Shown piece after piece: positions 10,888 through 23,921 of a stretch of 64,000 nucleotides of DNA; within the stretch, counting starts at the first letter, position 1, and each line of letters starts with the position of its first letter. The notes under the pieces are model-generated. The model saw nothing but the letters and a program-made list of their open reading frames with translations, was not told the DNA's origin and made no database searches. The stretch lies in NCBI GenBank assembly GCA_008632985.1, contig QPGO01000041.1, forward strand, positions 62,001 through 126,000. The letters run 5' to 3'. Made by a program: the position numbers and the translations under genes. Source of the DNA: Psammoneis japonica (Eukaryota).

Positions 10888-11888
10888 ATGTTCATGCAAG
10901 GAAGTTTAACAACGAACAGGTTGCGAAAAGTTGGCTTTCATTTTCTACACAGTAATCGCTTTGCTTTGTCGACAATAATACGGCGTTCCAAAAGCATTCA
11001 AGCCGGTGGATTTGCTTGGCCACTTGCTTCCAAGGCACACAAGGGTGGCGAGGACGCATTTTTCATTCAAATAGATCGAGAGAATTATGAAATTGATCCA
11101 TCGACGACTGGAGCACAGAGACGTCTTGTTTGCGGTGTAGCGGATGGAGTTGGTGGGTCAAAACAACCCGACGTCTATGCTAATGCGCTCATGGAGTCTT
11201 GCAAGGCATTTGCTCGTGACAATCCGAGTGTACTGAATCCAAAAGAAATCCTGCAAGGAGTCTGGGAAGCTAACTCGGCATTACGGGATGGAACGATTGA
11301 TGGCAGTAGCACTGCTTGTTTGGTGTCGTTGGTTTTGCAAGAGAACTACAATCTCGAACTTCACTGTGCCAATGTGGGAGATAGTGGCTTTGTCATGATT
11401 CGTAAGAATCAAGGACTGTATCGATCCAAGCCTCAGTTACACGGACCCAACACGCCCTTTCAATTGGGACCGAATTCCGATACCCCAGCCGCTGCCGACG
11501 AAACCTCTGTTTTGTTGGAACCAGGTGACGTGATTGCCGTTTGCACCGATGGTATATTTGACAATTTGTTTTTGAATCACGTATCGCTCATTCTCCACGG
11601 GCTCAAAAAGGTACAAGAAGCCATTACGTGGCTTGAACAACAGCAAAATCAGCAAGACCCCACACCCTTGCAACAGGCAGCCAGTTTCCAAATTCCCGTA
11701 CCGGTACCGGGAAGTCGACAAGAGGGGACCCAGAATGTGTACAAGTGGCGCAAACATTATGTGCTCATGCCAAAGCAATATATCAATCCGAAAAATATTG
11801 CATGACGCCTTTTGATGCGGAGCAATTTCATTACTCTCCTGGTGGCGGGAAAATGGACGATGCCACGGCCGTGGTGATTCAAGTCTAG
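10888..11888 (+). CDS. Protein phosphatase 2C, PTC7-like
   Basis: GEDAFF, VADGVGG, GSSTAC, NVGDSGF, TPFQLG, TDGIFDNLF. The C-terminal TPF...GGKMDDATAVV* lies in another frame ending 11888 (indel or small intron near 11650-11730). Confidence 0.85.
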
Positions 11889-12199
11889 CTACGTATACCT
11901 GTTTGCGCCAGATTTTATCATGCAGTGCACGGTGGTGCAAAATCAGAAATGATTTGCAGCAGCAATGCTTGACGCGTTGTGTCGTTCAATGGAGCAAAAC
12001 AAAACAGATGATGTGTCACGGTAGTTTTTGAGGTCGAACTTCCTCCCGATCCACAATGCGCTCAGTTTGTCTTGCACATGTCAGCTTCTTCTTGTAAACA
12101 CTTGAGTACTTCTTGCTGTTGCACTGCTGGAGCACTGTTGGGTGTAGCCGCTGGTGACGGCAGCATCCTAAGTTTTGCTGCAGTGTTGCTCTCTGGATA

Positions 12200-12420
12200 C
12201 TTTCTATCTAGAGAGAGCATTAGAGAGCAGTTACTACAATAGTTGCTGTTATGGCCAATGTTGCTATTCTCTGCAAACTAGTCTAGGAACGTCTACTCTA
12301 GAGATAATAGAAACCCAAGCTAGTTACTAGCTAGTATTTGAGGTAGCTCTACTCTCTCTCTCTCTCTAGCTACTCTAGAGTAGTAGAGAGAGTAGCTCTA
12401 GCTAGCTAGAGAAAGGTACG
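12200..12420. repeat. Low-complexity TAG/CTAG/AGAG-rich tract
   Basis: Runs such as ctagctactctagagtagtagagagagtagctctagctagctagag. Confidence 0.6.
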
Positions 12421-12656
12421 AGGATGTACAGGTAGAGGATCATGGGTGTCATGAATTTTTCGCACGATCTCGGGGTTCTCTCAGAGCGAACCCCCATTAA
12501 AAGTAAAGTTTAAGATTCGTGGTTCTGATTGGCTAACAACACGAGACAATAGGGCGGCGGACAGGGCAATATTTCATTTTTCAACTGTTGCACCAAGCCG
12601 CAGCTACACCGCAAGCAGCACAGTCAGTCACAAAAAGCCTTTTATCAAGATTCAAG

Positions 12657-14210
12657 ATGGTGTGTTGCGGCTGTACATGGACTCGAACGCTCCTGTAAGT
12701 ACAAGAAGAATGCGTATGATTCATCTGAGAAAGAAGTGGGCGATGTCGTCTTGACGGTATCTTAGATTTTTATGTTTGTTTTTAAAAAGAGAAATACTGA
12801 CACCTTACCAATCCATGCTGTTTCTCTCCCCTCGTGTTTCTCAGGCACTGCATGGCACTGCTCTCCTGGCTGGCTCTTGCCTTTGCCATTGTTGCCGCTT
12901 ATGACTGTCGCTTTGTCGAGGTTGTTACTTTGGATGAAGGAAATTCGTATTTGTTGGGAATTTTTCGCTTCAGCTACCGTCACGATGTATGCGTAAGCTA
13001 CAACGAGATTGACGGAGTGGAGACACGGCTTAGCACGGCTAGTAAATCAGCTCAAGCTTTCGGGACACTTGCCGTGATTTTTGGCGGTGTAGCGGTTATA
13101 TTTCTCCTCGTTATGCAGTGCTGGGTGCTAAAGCCGGTGATGTGGAGAGTCTTGTGTCTTCTTTGCTTCTTTGCTATGGTTTCGCAGTCGCTGACCTTTT
13201 TGGTTTTCAAGGCCACGAATGACTCGTGGTGCTATCGATCGGAGATTGAGTGCAACCTGGGAATTGATGGCATCATTAGTATCTGTGCTTGCTGTTTCTG
13301 GTTTCTGTTGGCGTTGCTAGCATGTGTTCTGAAACCACCTGAATCATCCGCCTACCAGTGTGTTTTCATGAAGAAGGTTCTGGCCAAGATTGTTGGTGTG
13401 ACTGGCATCGAGGCGAAACAAACATTAAGCGCAGTATACGGTCCACCTCTTGGGTGCAAGTCCTTGTGCTTCTTATCTCTCTGGCATGCGTCGCCTTTTC
13501 GGGTTCGATTGCTTTCGGGTGTCGCTATTTCAAAACAAAATTTGAGGGAAGAACCTTCAAGTACGGCTTACATGGGTATTACTATCCGCCAGATGGATGT
13601 GAGTTTTTGTTGAACGCCGTTACTACCGTGTGTCTATCATAATAGGCTGAAAATGGATTCACTGACATTTTCACGTTTGTATTTTCTTTTTCGCCAGCTT
13701 GCCGCAACTATGATACGGAGATCGCGTTTCCTTTACTGCTTCTACGAAAGCAGCTCAAGTGTTTGGTTACATTACCTTTGTCATGTCATTGATTATATTG
13801 CTCTTGTTGTTTGGGCTTCTCTTTTTAAACTACCCAACACTCTTGCGGCGCTCCATTCCTGTTTTGGCATTCTTTGCGTTTATGTTTCAGTCCTTCACAA
13901 TGTTTGGATACATTGAATACAATGATTTGGTTTGTACTCAACCTGATCAGGACTGTGAAGTTGGCGAGGATTTCATCTTCACTTGCGTAGCCATGGGTTT
14001 GTACCTGATAATCGTTTGATGATTGCTTTTTGTGCTGGTGCCATTCCGAACCAAGAAGCTGAAATGGGGTATCCAGAAGAAGGTGGGGACAAGGGCTTTG
14101 AGGACGAGGACGAATCACTCAAAGAAGAGGCAGCTGAGGAACCTGTTGACGAGGAACCTGCTCCCGAGGAGCCGGTTGAAGTTGGCGACGATGGAATGCC
14201 TGAAGAATAG
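12657..14210 (+). CDS. Multi-pass membrane protein with two claudin-like/tetraspan modules and an acidic tail
   Basis: ATG 12657; intron 12695-12844 (GTAAGT...CAG); intron about 13599-13697; hydrophobic helices with Cys-containing loops; apparent frameshifts near 13360 and 14015. Confidence 0.6.
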
Positions 14211-14472
14211 GATGCAAATGTTGAAAAAAAAAAGGAAGTTGAGAGGAAATTGTTTCTGCAACGTGGCTGGTAGTTGCATACCGCCGGTCTTGCAGCTGTC
14301 TAATTGTCTGTGCTCTTTTAAAAGAAAACAGTAAATGGTAGTCACTTTGTTATTCAGATGGCACGTCTTTTTGGCTTCCGAGTGAGTAGAACCGAGACGT
14401 CTACAAAGGCTGAAACCAACACATTATTATCTAATAGTTTTCTAGTGTAATATCTTCTCCACACCAATGTCC

Positions 14473-16142
14473 TCAGCCATCATAACGCTCCAACAGACAC
14501 GCATGTCCCAATCCACCATCGGCACAGGCAGCCAAGAGGGCAAACCGTTCTCCCTCTTGCTGCAAACGTCTCGATGCCGTGGTGACGAGACGAGATCCAG
14601 TGGCACCAAAGGGATGTCCAATCGAAAGCGAGCCGCCCTTTGTATTGAGCTTGTCGAGTGGTACCTCGCCCACCAAGTGACCATCCAAATTGTCGTCGGC
14701 AAACTTTTGTGAATTCATAGCCGTCAAGTTGGAAAGGATCTGTCCAGCAAAGGCCTCGTGGATTTCAAACACACCAATGTCCGACAGAGTCATGTTGTTG
14801 CGTTTGAGCAGTTGCGACGAGCAATACGTGGGTCCCTGAAAGCAACGAGAACATCGATGAATCAGAAAAAAAAAATCAAAGAGGCAACAAACTGCAGACA
14901 CGTATAACTTACCAATAACACTCAGTGAAGGGATCACAAGCACCAAAGGACCAGTCATTGACATAGGAAAGGGGTTTCATGCCCAATGCCTTGGCCTTTT
15001 CTTCACTCATCAAAAGACAAACAGCAGCGCCGTCTGTCAAGTACGATGAATTGGCAGCTGTGTGGGTTCCGTGTGGCTTGATAAAGGCAGGCTTGAGCTT
15101 GGAAACCGATTCCATGGTGGAGTCTCCCTTGATGCCGTTTTCGTCAATGGAACCCTTGTACGGAACAATCTCTCCCTTGTAGAAACTGCAGTAATAGACA
15201 GAGATCACAAAAGTGAGTGAAACGCTTCAACCTCGAAGTCCACGTACGTGAATTTCCACAAACTTACCCATCCTCATGAGCTTTTGCAGCCAGAGTGTGG
15301 CTCCTCACGGTATACTCGTCTTGCTCCTGCCGAGACACTCCAAAGGTTGCTGATAACTTGTCACTCGACACTCCCATAACTTCGCCCGTTGTATAATTGG
15401 CAATCGCGGGTGTTTCCAAACTCAAATGTTTGCTCTTGAGTCCCTTGAAAAAGTGACGAGCTCCGCCAAGCGGTCCACCCTTTTTCATGGCCTTGGGCAT
15501 GGAAATGAGTTTCTGACGAATCGGCCTCGTCAAACGAATGGGAACATCGGAAAAGGTTTCGGTACCACCCGCAATCACCACATCGGCATGACCGTTAGAA
15601 TCTTTTCTGCTCCGGCACAAATGGCGGCACTAGCAGAAATACAAGCCTAGTGTGTAAGCATATAAAAAGCACAAAAAAAGGTGAGCACAGTGACTTCTTT
15701 ACAGTAGGAAGACTCATGATATCAATTCTTTCATAATTTTCCAGACACACCTGTGCAATGGTATGGGCACCAATATTGACTGGCAATCCGGCATTGATCG
15801 CTGCTTCCCGAGCAATGTTGGACGTTCGGACTTCTTGAATCACATTACCAGAAATCACATAATCCACCTCCTTTTTGTCGAGAGCCGTTTGCGTAAAGAG
15901 ACCCTGAATCGCCAAACGCTGCAAATCGACCGCCATTTCATCATTGTAAATGGTGGATGCCATGGAAAAGGGAAGACGAACACCCGAAACCAAAACGACG
16001 CGGCGATTGTTGTTGGTGTCATTCTTCGAGGCGGCCTTTGTGGAAAACAAAGATTTTTCCCGTCGTGCGTTGCCAAGGTCGTTTTTGCGAAACGAGACGA
16101 AAGCGCCGAGGTTGTTTTGGAAGAAATGACACGTCCAAGCAT
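14473..16142 (-). CDS. HADHB: 3-ketoacyl-CoA thiolase, mitochondrial trifunctional enzyme beta-subunit type
   Basis: [54 protein letters not shown]. Several introns. Two apparent single-base frameshifts (about 16050, 15600). Confidence 0.9.
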
Positions 16143-16575
16143 GATTTAGAATCTGATTAGAGCAGCAGCAACTGAACAACAATAACAGAAAACCAAAAGC
16201 GTTCTTGACACACAAAAAAGCCGTCAAAAAAATAAATGATTGGATGCGCCACAGCAAGTGCAAGAAGATCCGAAGTCGACACCCACGACTTATCACGTAG
16301 GAATACGTAGAACATGTACGAGTAAGAGTGGCGTCAAGTTTTGGAGCGCGTCACCTCACAAAAATCAGTCGTGTCACGAGTGAGTCACGAACGTCCGTCC
16401 TTCATTCCAATCCATCTTGCCTTCGCAAGAAAATGGCGGGAAGTGCTTCGCTCGTCGCTCGCACTTCAAACTTCAACACATCACACAAGGAAAGAAGAAT
16501 CATCCAATCCCCTTCATTTCATTGTGGTGGTTGTGGACTGGTGTGGAAAGTATTTCCAGAAGAATCACTGTCACC

Positions 16576-18057
16576 ATGGTTTTCGTGGATGCTGTCATCT
16601 TTCTATTTGTATCGTATAATTTATGCGTAGTTTCGGCCTGGAGCAACACCGGTCCTTTGATTTCATCGCTGCCCTTTCGAACGCAACATGTTCGTCACCC
16701 ATGGATTACAAGATTTGCGCAAGAAAAACAGGACGAAACATCCACCGAAAATGATCAGTCACCACCCAAGAAAAAGAAAAGAATCAGTACATATTCGTTG
16801 GGACTGGGAAAGAACCTTCCGGTAACGTCGTTGCGGCAAAAACAAGAAAAAGATCCATCATTACAACTACAACAAGACGAGAATAATGCTACATTGAATT
16901 GGATCGCACCAGAACCGGTCGAAAAGCCCCAAGTTGGTGCTGCAAAGCCTCCGTATGAAGTGGGAGAATCATCATCACAAATCAAAGGAAAGCCTATTCG
17001 AACCAAGCGTGTCATTACCAAAAATGATGAAGAGTCCTCCACGCTCAAGCGTGCGCTGTGGCACGAAGATCACTACTACGTGTCATCCGCAAGCGATGAT
17101 TCAGCAACGACAACTGCGAATGGAAGCTCTCAATCTATCAATACCGATGGTAGCTCTGCATCTATACCAGAACCTGCAGTGATGTATCCAGATATTGACT
17201 TAAGTATTCCTGAATCTGTCTACTCTCAAGACGGAAATGTTGATTTGGTGTGGGATATCCTGCGATACGAAGCGCTGTACGAGGCACAACGGGAACCACT
17301 TTTAGTAAGTTTCTTGCATTCCACCATTCTAAATCACAAGACTCTTGAATCCGCCTTGGCCTTTCACTTGGCAAACAAGCTGGCGTCACCCGCCATGATT
17401 TCGACGCAAATTCAGAGTCTCGTGTTGGAAGCCTTGCAAGAATTTGATTTTCGACGTTGTTTGCGTGCCGACATTATGGCGGTACGAGATCGGGATCCGG
17501 CCTGTACCTGTTTGCCGGATGTCTTTTTGTATTTCAAGGGATTTCACGCGCTTCAGACACACCGGGTTGGGCATTACATGTACAGTTCGGGACGAAAGGT
17601 GCTGGCGTTCTTTTTGCAGAGCCAAATGTCACAAAACTTTCAGATCGATATCCACCCCAACGCCACCATGGGTCGTGGGATCATGTTGGATCATGGGACC
17701 GGAATCGTGGTGGGCGAAACGGCTCGTGTTGGACACAATTGTTCCATTTTGCATCACGTCACGTTGGGCGGGTCGGGAAAGCAGGGCGTGGACCGCCATC
17801 CAAAAGTTGGAGACGGAGTCTTGTTGGGTGCCGGTGTGAGTGTGCTGGGAAACGTTAAAATTGGCGATGGCTGCCAAGTTGGGGCGGGAACACTGGTGAT
17901 TACGGATTTGCCGCCACATTCGGTTGCTGTCGGTGTTCCTGCGCGCATTATCGGATCCTTTGTGGATGTTACCGTACAGCCAAGTCTCGATATGAATCAA
18001 ATGATGGGCAGTCAAGACTTTGATCAAAATATTCTTTTTGAGTCTGAAGGAATATGA
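16576..18057 (+). CDS. cysE: Serine O-acetyltransferase, probably plastid-targeted
   Basis: RDPAC, KGFHALQ, IDIHP, LDHGTG, RHPKVG plus hexapeptide repeats; signal peptide ending VVSA-W. Confidence 0.95.
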   Translation: MVFVDAVIFLFVSYNLCVVSAWSNTGPLISSLPFRTQHVRHPWITRFAQEKQDETSTENDQSPPKKKKRISTYSLGLGKNLPVTSLRQKQEKDPSLQLQQDENNATLNWIAPEPVEKPQVGAAKPPYEVGESSSQIKGKPIRTKRVITKNDEESSTLKRALWHEDHYYVSSASDDSATTTANGSSQSINTDGSSASIPEPAVMYPDIDLSIPESVYSQDGNVDLVWDILRYEALYEAQREPLLVSFLHSTILNHKTLESALAFHLANKLASPAMISTQIQSLVLEALQEFDFRRCLRADIMAVRDRDPACTCLPDVFLYFKGFHALQTHRVGHYMYSSGRKVLAFFLQSQMSQNFQIDIHPNATMGRGIMLDHGTGIVVGETARVGHNCSILHHVTLGGSGKQGVDRHPKVGDGVLLGAGVSVLGNVKIGDGCQVGAGTLVITDLPPHSVAVGVPARIIGSFVDVTVQPSLDMNQMMGSQDFDQNILFESEGI

Positions 18058-18229
18058 CACACAAGGAGCTTTATCGTGCTATGTTGTTTAAGTTAATAAT
18101 TGCACTGTCGCCAGGATTTAATCAAGTACGTTTACCGAATGTGGAGCGGCTTGAAGCCGTGACATGCAGCAGCGAATGAGCTCTAGAGTGGGGCCCTACT
18201 ACTAGAGAGTAGCTTGATGGCTTACAGTG

Positions 18230-21200
18230 GGCAGCGAGGTGTCCGTTGGGACATATGGACAATCTGGGAGACCCAGACTCCCCTCTTCAGTAGAACAAGA
18301 GGTTCTCTTTGTGCACTCTACCAGCAACACCAGCAGCTACCTGCGACAGTTTGTTTTCTTGATTGACAAGTTTAACCGAGTCAGGAGCAAAATTTCTTTG
18401 AGCTCTTGCCACCAGAGGCAGCCATGTGGAACACGCCATTGATTGACAATTGTTTTTGGTGGTTGGTTCAAATGGCATTGCAGCAGCCATTTCAGCTGTG
18501 TGTTGAACTTTTTTTTTTGTTCTCATCTTGGAGGGTGCACCACTCCAACTTTCATTGCAGACCATTTCCCATTGAAGCTCATGTGTGAGAGGCCATCTGA
18601 TTCCAGTGCTGCAGGTTCCAGATGTGACTTTTCCCTGGCTGGGCCCAGGCTCTGGGGTGTCAGACCCTCAAATTTGGGGGCACATGCCCCAGCAGTTGCA
18701 GCTCTGCTGCCAAGAAGACAATTTGGCACAACACACAACATGAAAATTGAAACATTTGCCTTGAGTCCAGAGATGCCTTGCAAACAGCAGGGGTGCTTGT
18801 GAGCAAATCTCAGTCAAACAACTCAGCTTTGCTGTGGCATGCAGATGACTTTAAGTCTTCCCCCCCTGCTGTTGCTGCTGCTGAAAAACACAACTTTGCT
18901 CCACCATGGCAAATGAACTGCAATGGCAGTGATGCTTGCACCACCTTGTGTGAAACACGTGCAGTTGCTGCACCTTGTGTGCTTTCAAGTGACAAAAAAT
19001 GGCAGGTTGTCAAAAGTTGCATTGTGGAAAATGTGGTGCTGGCTTGTCTCTGGGAAAATGAAATCATGTGAACAGAGAATCACACAAATTTTCTGTTGGC
19101 TTGCACTTTGGATCACATGCAATTGATTGCACTGCAGTTTCTTTCACCCCATTTGCTTGTCACCACATGCATGGGTGCAAGTGGCACACTTTTGTTGTGG
19201 ATTGTCACACTGTTTGTGCTGATGGCCTGTCAACTCATGTGCCACATGCACAGATGCTCACTTCTAAAATGCCTCTGAGTTGCCAAGCAACAGCCTCCCC
19301 CACCTGTGCCTGTGCAGCATGTGCTGAAACTGTGCAGTGTGCACACACCTGGGATTTGTGCAGCTTTGCTTTGTTGCTGGCAGCACAGAACATGCTGCAT
19401 TGCAACAACGCAACAAAAACAAAAGAAAGAGCAGGCTCCTTCCTGGCAACACAAGCAGCCAATTCACAGCTGATTTTGGGAAAAGTTTTGCAACAAGTTG
19501 GCAGCAAACATCATGCCTTGAGCCTGACCCACACTGCATTTGACAATCTGTGCTTGCTGTGTTGTGGTCTGGTTGGGCCAAGTGTTGGCAGCTGCTGTGC
19601 ACCAGCCATGAGCCTTGGCAGTTGACCCCAGCACATGCTGCATCATGGTTGTCATGGTTGACAACATCAAGGTTGGTGAAAGCACATTCTTGCATGTGAG
19701 CGCACAAAACCAAACAGAAAAAACAATTTTCTCAATGGACAAAACAGAGAGCAATTTTTCTCACAATGAACCCCAGCTTTGGCAACTTGTGTCATAAAAA
19801 AAGGCTGATTAAAGGCTGGTTCCAACTCCAGATGTCATGCATGGGCCCATTTTGTGTTTGACAAAGCAAGCTCCTTCAATTTTGTAACTTTCCCAAATTG
19901 AAGGGCAAGCAGTGCACACAAAGCCTTGCTTTGTTCATGTGCTCTTGCCTTTGACCTTGGAAAAACCCAAAATTGAAGGAGCTCATTGTGCCAAATGTGA
20001 CATGGCATCAGTTGACAATGTTGGTTGATGTGATCTGCACATTTTGACTTCAGAGACCAACCTCAGCCCCCATGTGTGGTGTTTTTGCCCATGCTCTTGC
20101 ACTGATGTTGCCCTTTCTCAGACGGCATTTTGCTGGGTCTCACAAGACCATTCTGACCATTTCAGCATGATGTCAAGCAATGTTTCTAAGCAGTGGAAAA
20201 TTGCTGGCATTGACTCCTTGTGGTTTGCATGCTGATTGATCTTTTTTGCAATTTCCTGCAACTCAACAAATTTTCTGCATGGATTCCAGGACAAATTCTG
20301 TGTGCTTCAATGCTTTGTCAAATCTCTGAGCCACTCACACCCATGCCCATCTGCCCTCAACATCTCATTCTTTGTTCCCATTGGCCAATCAAGTCCTTCA
20401 CTCTGTTGGGTGAACGCACTGCCTCTGTTGTGGCACTGATGAGCATGAGAATGAGCCCCCCTTTGGCACCAATTGACAATCCTCCATTTGCTGCATGCAC
20501 CAGCATTTCCATGCAAGATCTGGCACATGGTTTCTGCTTGTGAAACATGTTTTTTCCAATGACCGACTTGTCACATCATCAAGCACTCCCATTTTTTGTC
20601 TCCCAGTCCTGGACAACCCTTTCCTCACTTGCCAGCAAATCAAGCTCCCTGTTCTTTGCAGTGATCTTTCCACCATTGTTCCATTGCTTGGAGGTGTGAA
20701 AGTGCCCCCCTTTTTGATGACAGAGCCAGCAGCTTGGCAATCATGTTTTGATCTCATTTCTTTTGCTGTTCTTAAACCAAGCTCTGGAAGCAATTGTTCT
20801 TGGCCATTGTGACATGGCAGCCACATGTTTCCAGCCCATGCAAAAGCAGCAAACTCTGCAATGTGTTCTCAGATGTTCCCCAGTTGCCTCAGTTGGTCTT
20901 TGCTGCAAGGTGGCACCAACCTTGGCCAGTCTGTGTCCCTTTCTGCTGTGCTCATTTTGTGTGCTGGAAGTGTGGGTGGCTGGTGCCAGCATGTCTGGCA
21001 AAGGAGCAATGGCACTTGCAAATTAGATCTGGTTTGATGGTTGATGTGATCTGCAGTGCAAGAACAGACATTGCACAATGTGAGATGGCTCCTGAGCAGA
21101 GTGCCAGGTGCAATTGATCGTTGCTGTTTTTGTGTGTCATGTGTCACAACAAACAGAAGCCATGGGGCATTTGCTGGCAGCAGAGTGAAGGCCAAGGCAA

Positions 21201-23400
21201 AAGTGAGACTGTGTGTGGCCAATGAAAAAAATGGCAGATTGAACAGCCCCATTTGTTCTTCCTTTTAACACGCCTCATGGTGTGCAGAGTGCAGTGGATT
21301 GTTTTGTCATTCTTGTGAGCCAGCAGTCACACAAATGCAAGCCACAAAAGGGCTCTGGAGCAAAGGCTGGCACACAAAAGTGGAGCTGTGCATGAGCAAT
21401 GTCAGCTTGACTGACTCAGTGAAAAGTTTGTCCTCCCCTCTGATGTGCTGTGGGTGGTGTTGCAGTGCTTCTCCAAGTGCCATTTTTTAAACCCCATTTT
21501 TCATTCTGCCTGTCATCCCAACTCATCAACAGCGCCAATGGGGTTGACTCACTCTGTTGAAATTTGGGGCTTTCAGTCAACTGGTGGAGGGTTTGACAAG
21601 CAACCATCAGGTTTGGTTCCTTAAACTGGCTCATGTTAAAAAGCTGCAGACGGAGAAGTTTTTTCCAATTCAACAAATCCACCCTGCACACCCATCACAT
21701 GATCCAGAGGCATTGCAGTGACAAGCTGTGGACCACCAACATTGTTGTGGCAGCCATGCTTGTGGCTCCAGAGGGGGATCAACAGAGTGCCAAGACATGG
21801 TCACTTTTCAGCCCTGATTCTTCATGACTCATTGAGTCAACTTGACCATTCTTGGAGTCAACTCAATCTTTTGTCATTCACAAGTTGCAAATGAAATGTG
21901 ACTTTGCTGCACTCCACCATTGCTCTTGCTGCTGCACTCTGAAAGGGGTCCAATCGACCACAACGGGTGGCCCAAGTCAGCTGAGCATGTTTCAATGACT
22001 CTTCCTTTGTGTGCCCAAGGACTCATCAAGGACAATTGGTTCCTTGGATGCAATGTGTTGCCTGTGAAAGTCACTTTGCCCATTGCCCCTGCTTTCCTGG
22101 TGCTCCAAAAAAAAAAAAACAAGGAAAACCTGCTCAAGGGTTTCCCTTGACTGTCCATTTCACAAAACCCAAAACAGTTTTTGACTCTTTCCAAAAAACA
22201 TGGAGCTTTTGAGCTTTAAAATCCAGCCCTGTTTCATCATTTGAATGTTGCATTGGTGACAGAAGTGCCACAAGCTTTGCAGTTTGTTGTTGCTTGTGAG
22301 GCAAAAGATTGCCATCAGATGGCATTTTTTCACCACTGGGGCCTTTGTTGGTGTTGTCTGAAGCCTCCAAACTGATTTTGATCAAATTTGATTGTCCCAA
22401 TGCAAGCTTGAGCTCCTCAGCCACAGAGTTGAGGTTTTCTAGATCACCATGGCAAAACTCTTCCCTGAGGGGAGATCCATTTGCTCAAATGCATCTGCTT
22501 GCCTGGCACTTCAGCTTTCTGCCCATTTCTTTCAACCAGCTTGTTGCATGGTCTGTGTGTTTGTCTTTAATCTGTGCTGCCAGCTTGGCTTGGACAAGGT
22601 TGGTTGCTTTTTGTTTGTCCACATGATGTGTGCACACTCATTTGAAGCCTGTTTTTCCAGGAAAGAAATGTTGGGCAGGGCTGATTTTTCACTGTTGACA
22701 TCTCAGCTTGGAATGTCTTTTTCATTTCATGACATTGGGCAACAACTTGGCACTTTTTTCATGTGCTGCCGGCACCTCCTCCTTGTTTGCATCAACAACC
22801 ACCCATGCAAGGACATCCCAAGCTCTGTTTGGGTCTGAGTGTCTTTGAACCAGAGCTCATTCATGAGTGCTGTTTTGTGCCACCACTGTTTTGAGTGTGT
22901 GTTTTGCAGTCTTTTTGTTGCCGTCGGCTTTGGCGCCAAGCGGAAGAGACAAAAATCTGGCACAGCACTTTTCAGCACACCAGCAACAGAAGCACCAGAA
23001 TCATGCCATTTGCTTGTGCATGTCACAGCTCAGCCGCCAACCCAAGAGCAAGGTGACACTCACAGGGCTGTCTCCATCAATTGAATTGTCTTCGTCAACA
23101 CATTGTGAGACATGGTCACACTTCAAAGGTGCGCGGTGCTGCCCAGCACAAAATTCCAATTGACAGCAGTGTCGCCATCACAGTTGCACACCAGTTTGAT
23201 GAAATTTCTTTGCAACATGCCATGGCAAAAAGCAGATGCTGACTGGTGCAAATTCAACATCAGCAGATTTTTTTTTGTGCCACTTGAGTGCTGGCACCCA
23301 CAGCTGCTGAGTCCCTCAGCTCTCAGCAGCCATCAAATCAACAATGTCTTCAATTTTTTTGTTGGTTGTCTCATTTTTCCACTTTTTTGTGGTGACGGTG
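18230..23400 (-). mobile_element. Highly decayed repeat relic, almost devoid of TpA and CpG; possibly Ty1/copia (CoDi-like)
   Basis: No coherent ORF. Faint GA(N/K)GG and INQ(Y/H)A-like traces on the minus strand near 20100-20500. Composition sharply differs from flanking genes. Confidence 0.35.
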
Positions 23401-23921
23401 GTTCAGTTCGCGCCTTGGCTGCTTGCAGCACTGCCCGTTTTCTTCATCGTCTGCCCCCATGATGGACGGTGGTTTGCCTTGCTCATCTCGTGACTCACTC
23501 GTGCGCGTTTCCTTCCCGCAAGCGAGCACAGGTGACGAACATTGTGTGTCTGTTTATTTTTTTTACACACACACACAAAAAAGAGGAGAGTCATTTCGAT
23601 TGTGCCGCACCATAGTACATTTTTTCTTTTTTGTCATTATGACAGAGTCATCGTGGCATAAAAACGAAGTCGGCGAGGATTTATGCCAAGATGGTCATCA
23701 ATTCAAAGAGACATTTTATTTATGCATACATTTTTGTATGTAGTGGGCTTAAATATTTTTCGACATTTTGATTAGTTATGACCTTTCGAATTGGCTCACA
23801 TTTTGTTTACGACTACTCCTCTCGAGTAATTTTCCAGTGCCCGAGCGTTCCGCAGTTTCGTGCAGACTGCAGGCCTCATTTTCTACGAAGGACGAAGCTT
23901 ACGAAAGGCCAGTCGTAAACA

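Noticed and set aside
10755..10890. tRNA gene as integration target next to the Gypsy pair
   Set aside because: No cloverleaf or A/B boxes recognisable; the segment looks like the PP2C promoter.
10888..16142. Frameshifts in PP2C, the membrane protein and the thiolase as programmed frameshifting or pseudogenisation
   Set aside because: Scattered single-base shifts in otherwise intact conserved genes are more simply explained by consensus indel errors; read-level checking is needed.
18230..23400. Numerous Cys/His-rich ORFs as real genes or an alternative genetic code
   Set aside because: They overlap in all six frames and have no domains; loss of TAA/TAG explains them. Flanking genes use the standard code.
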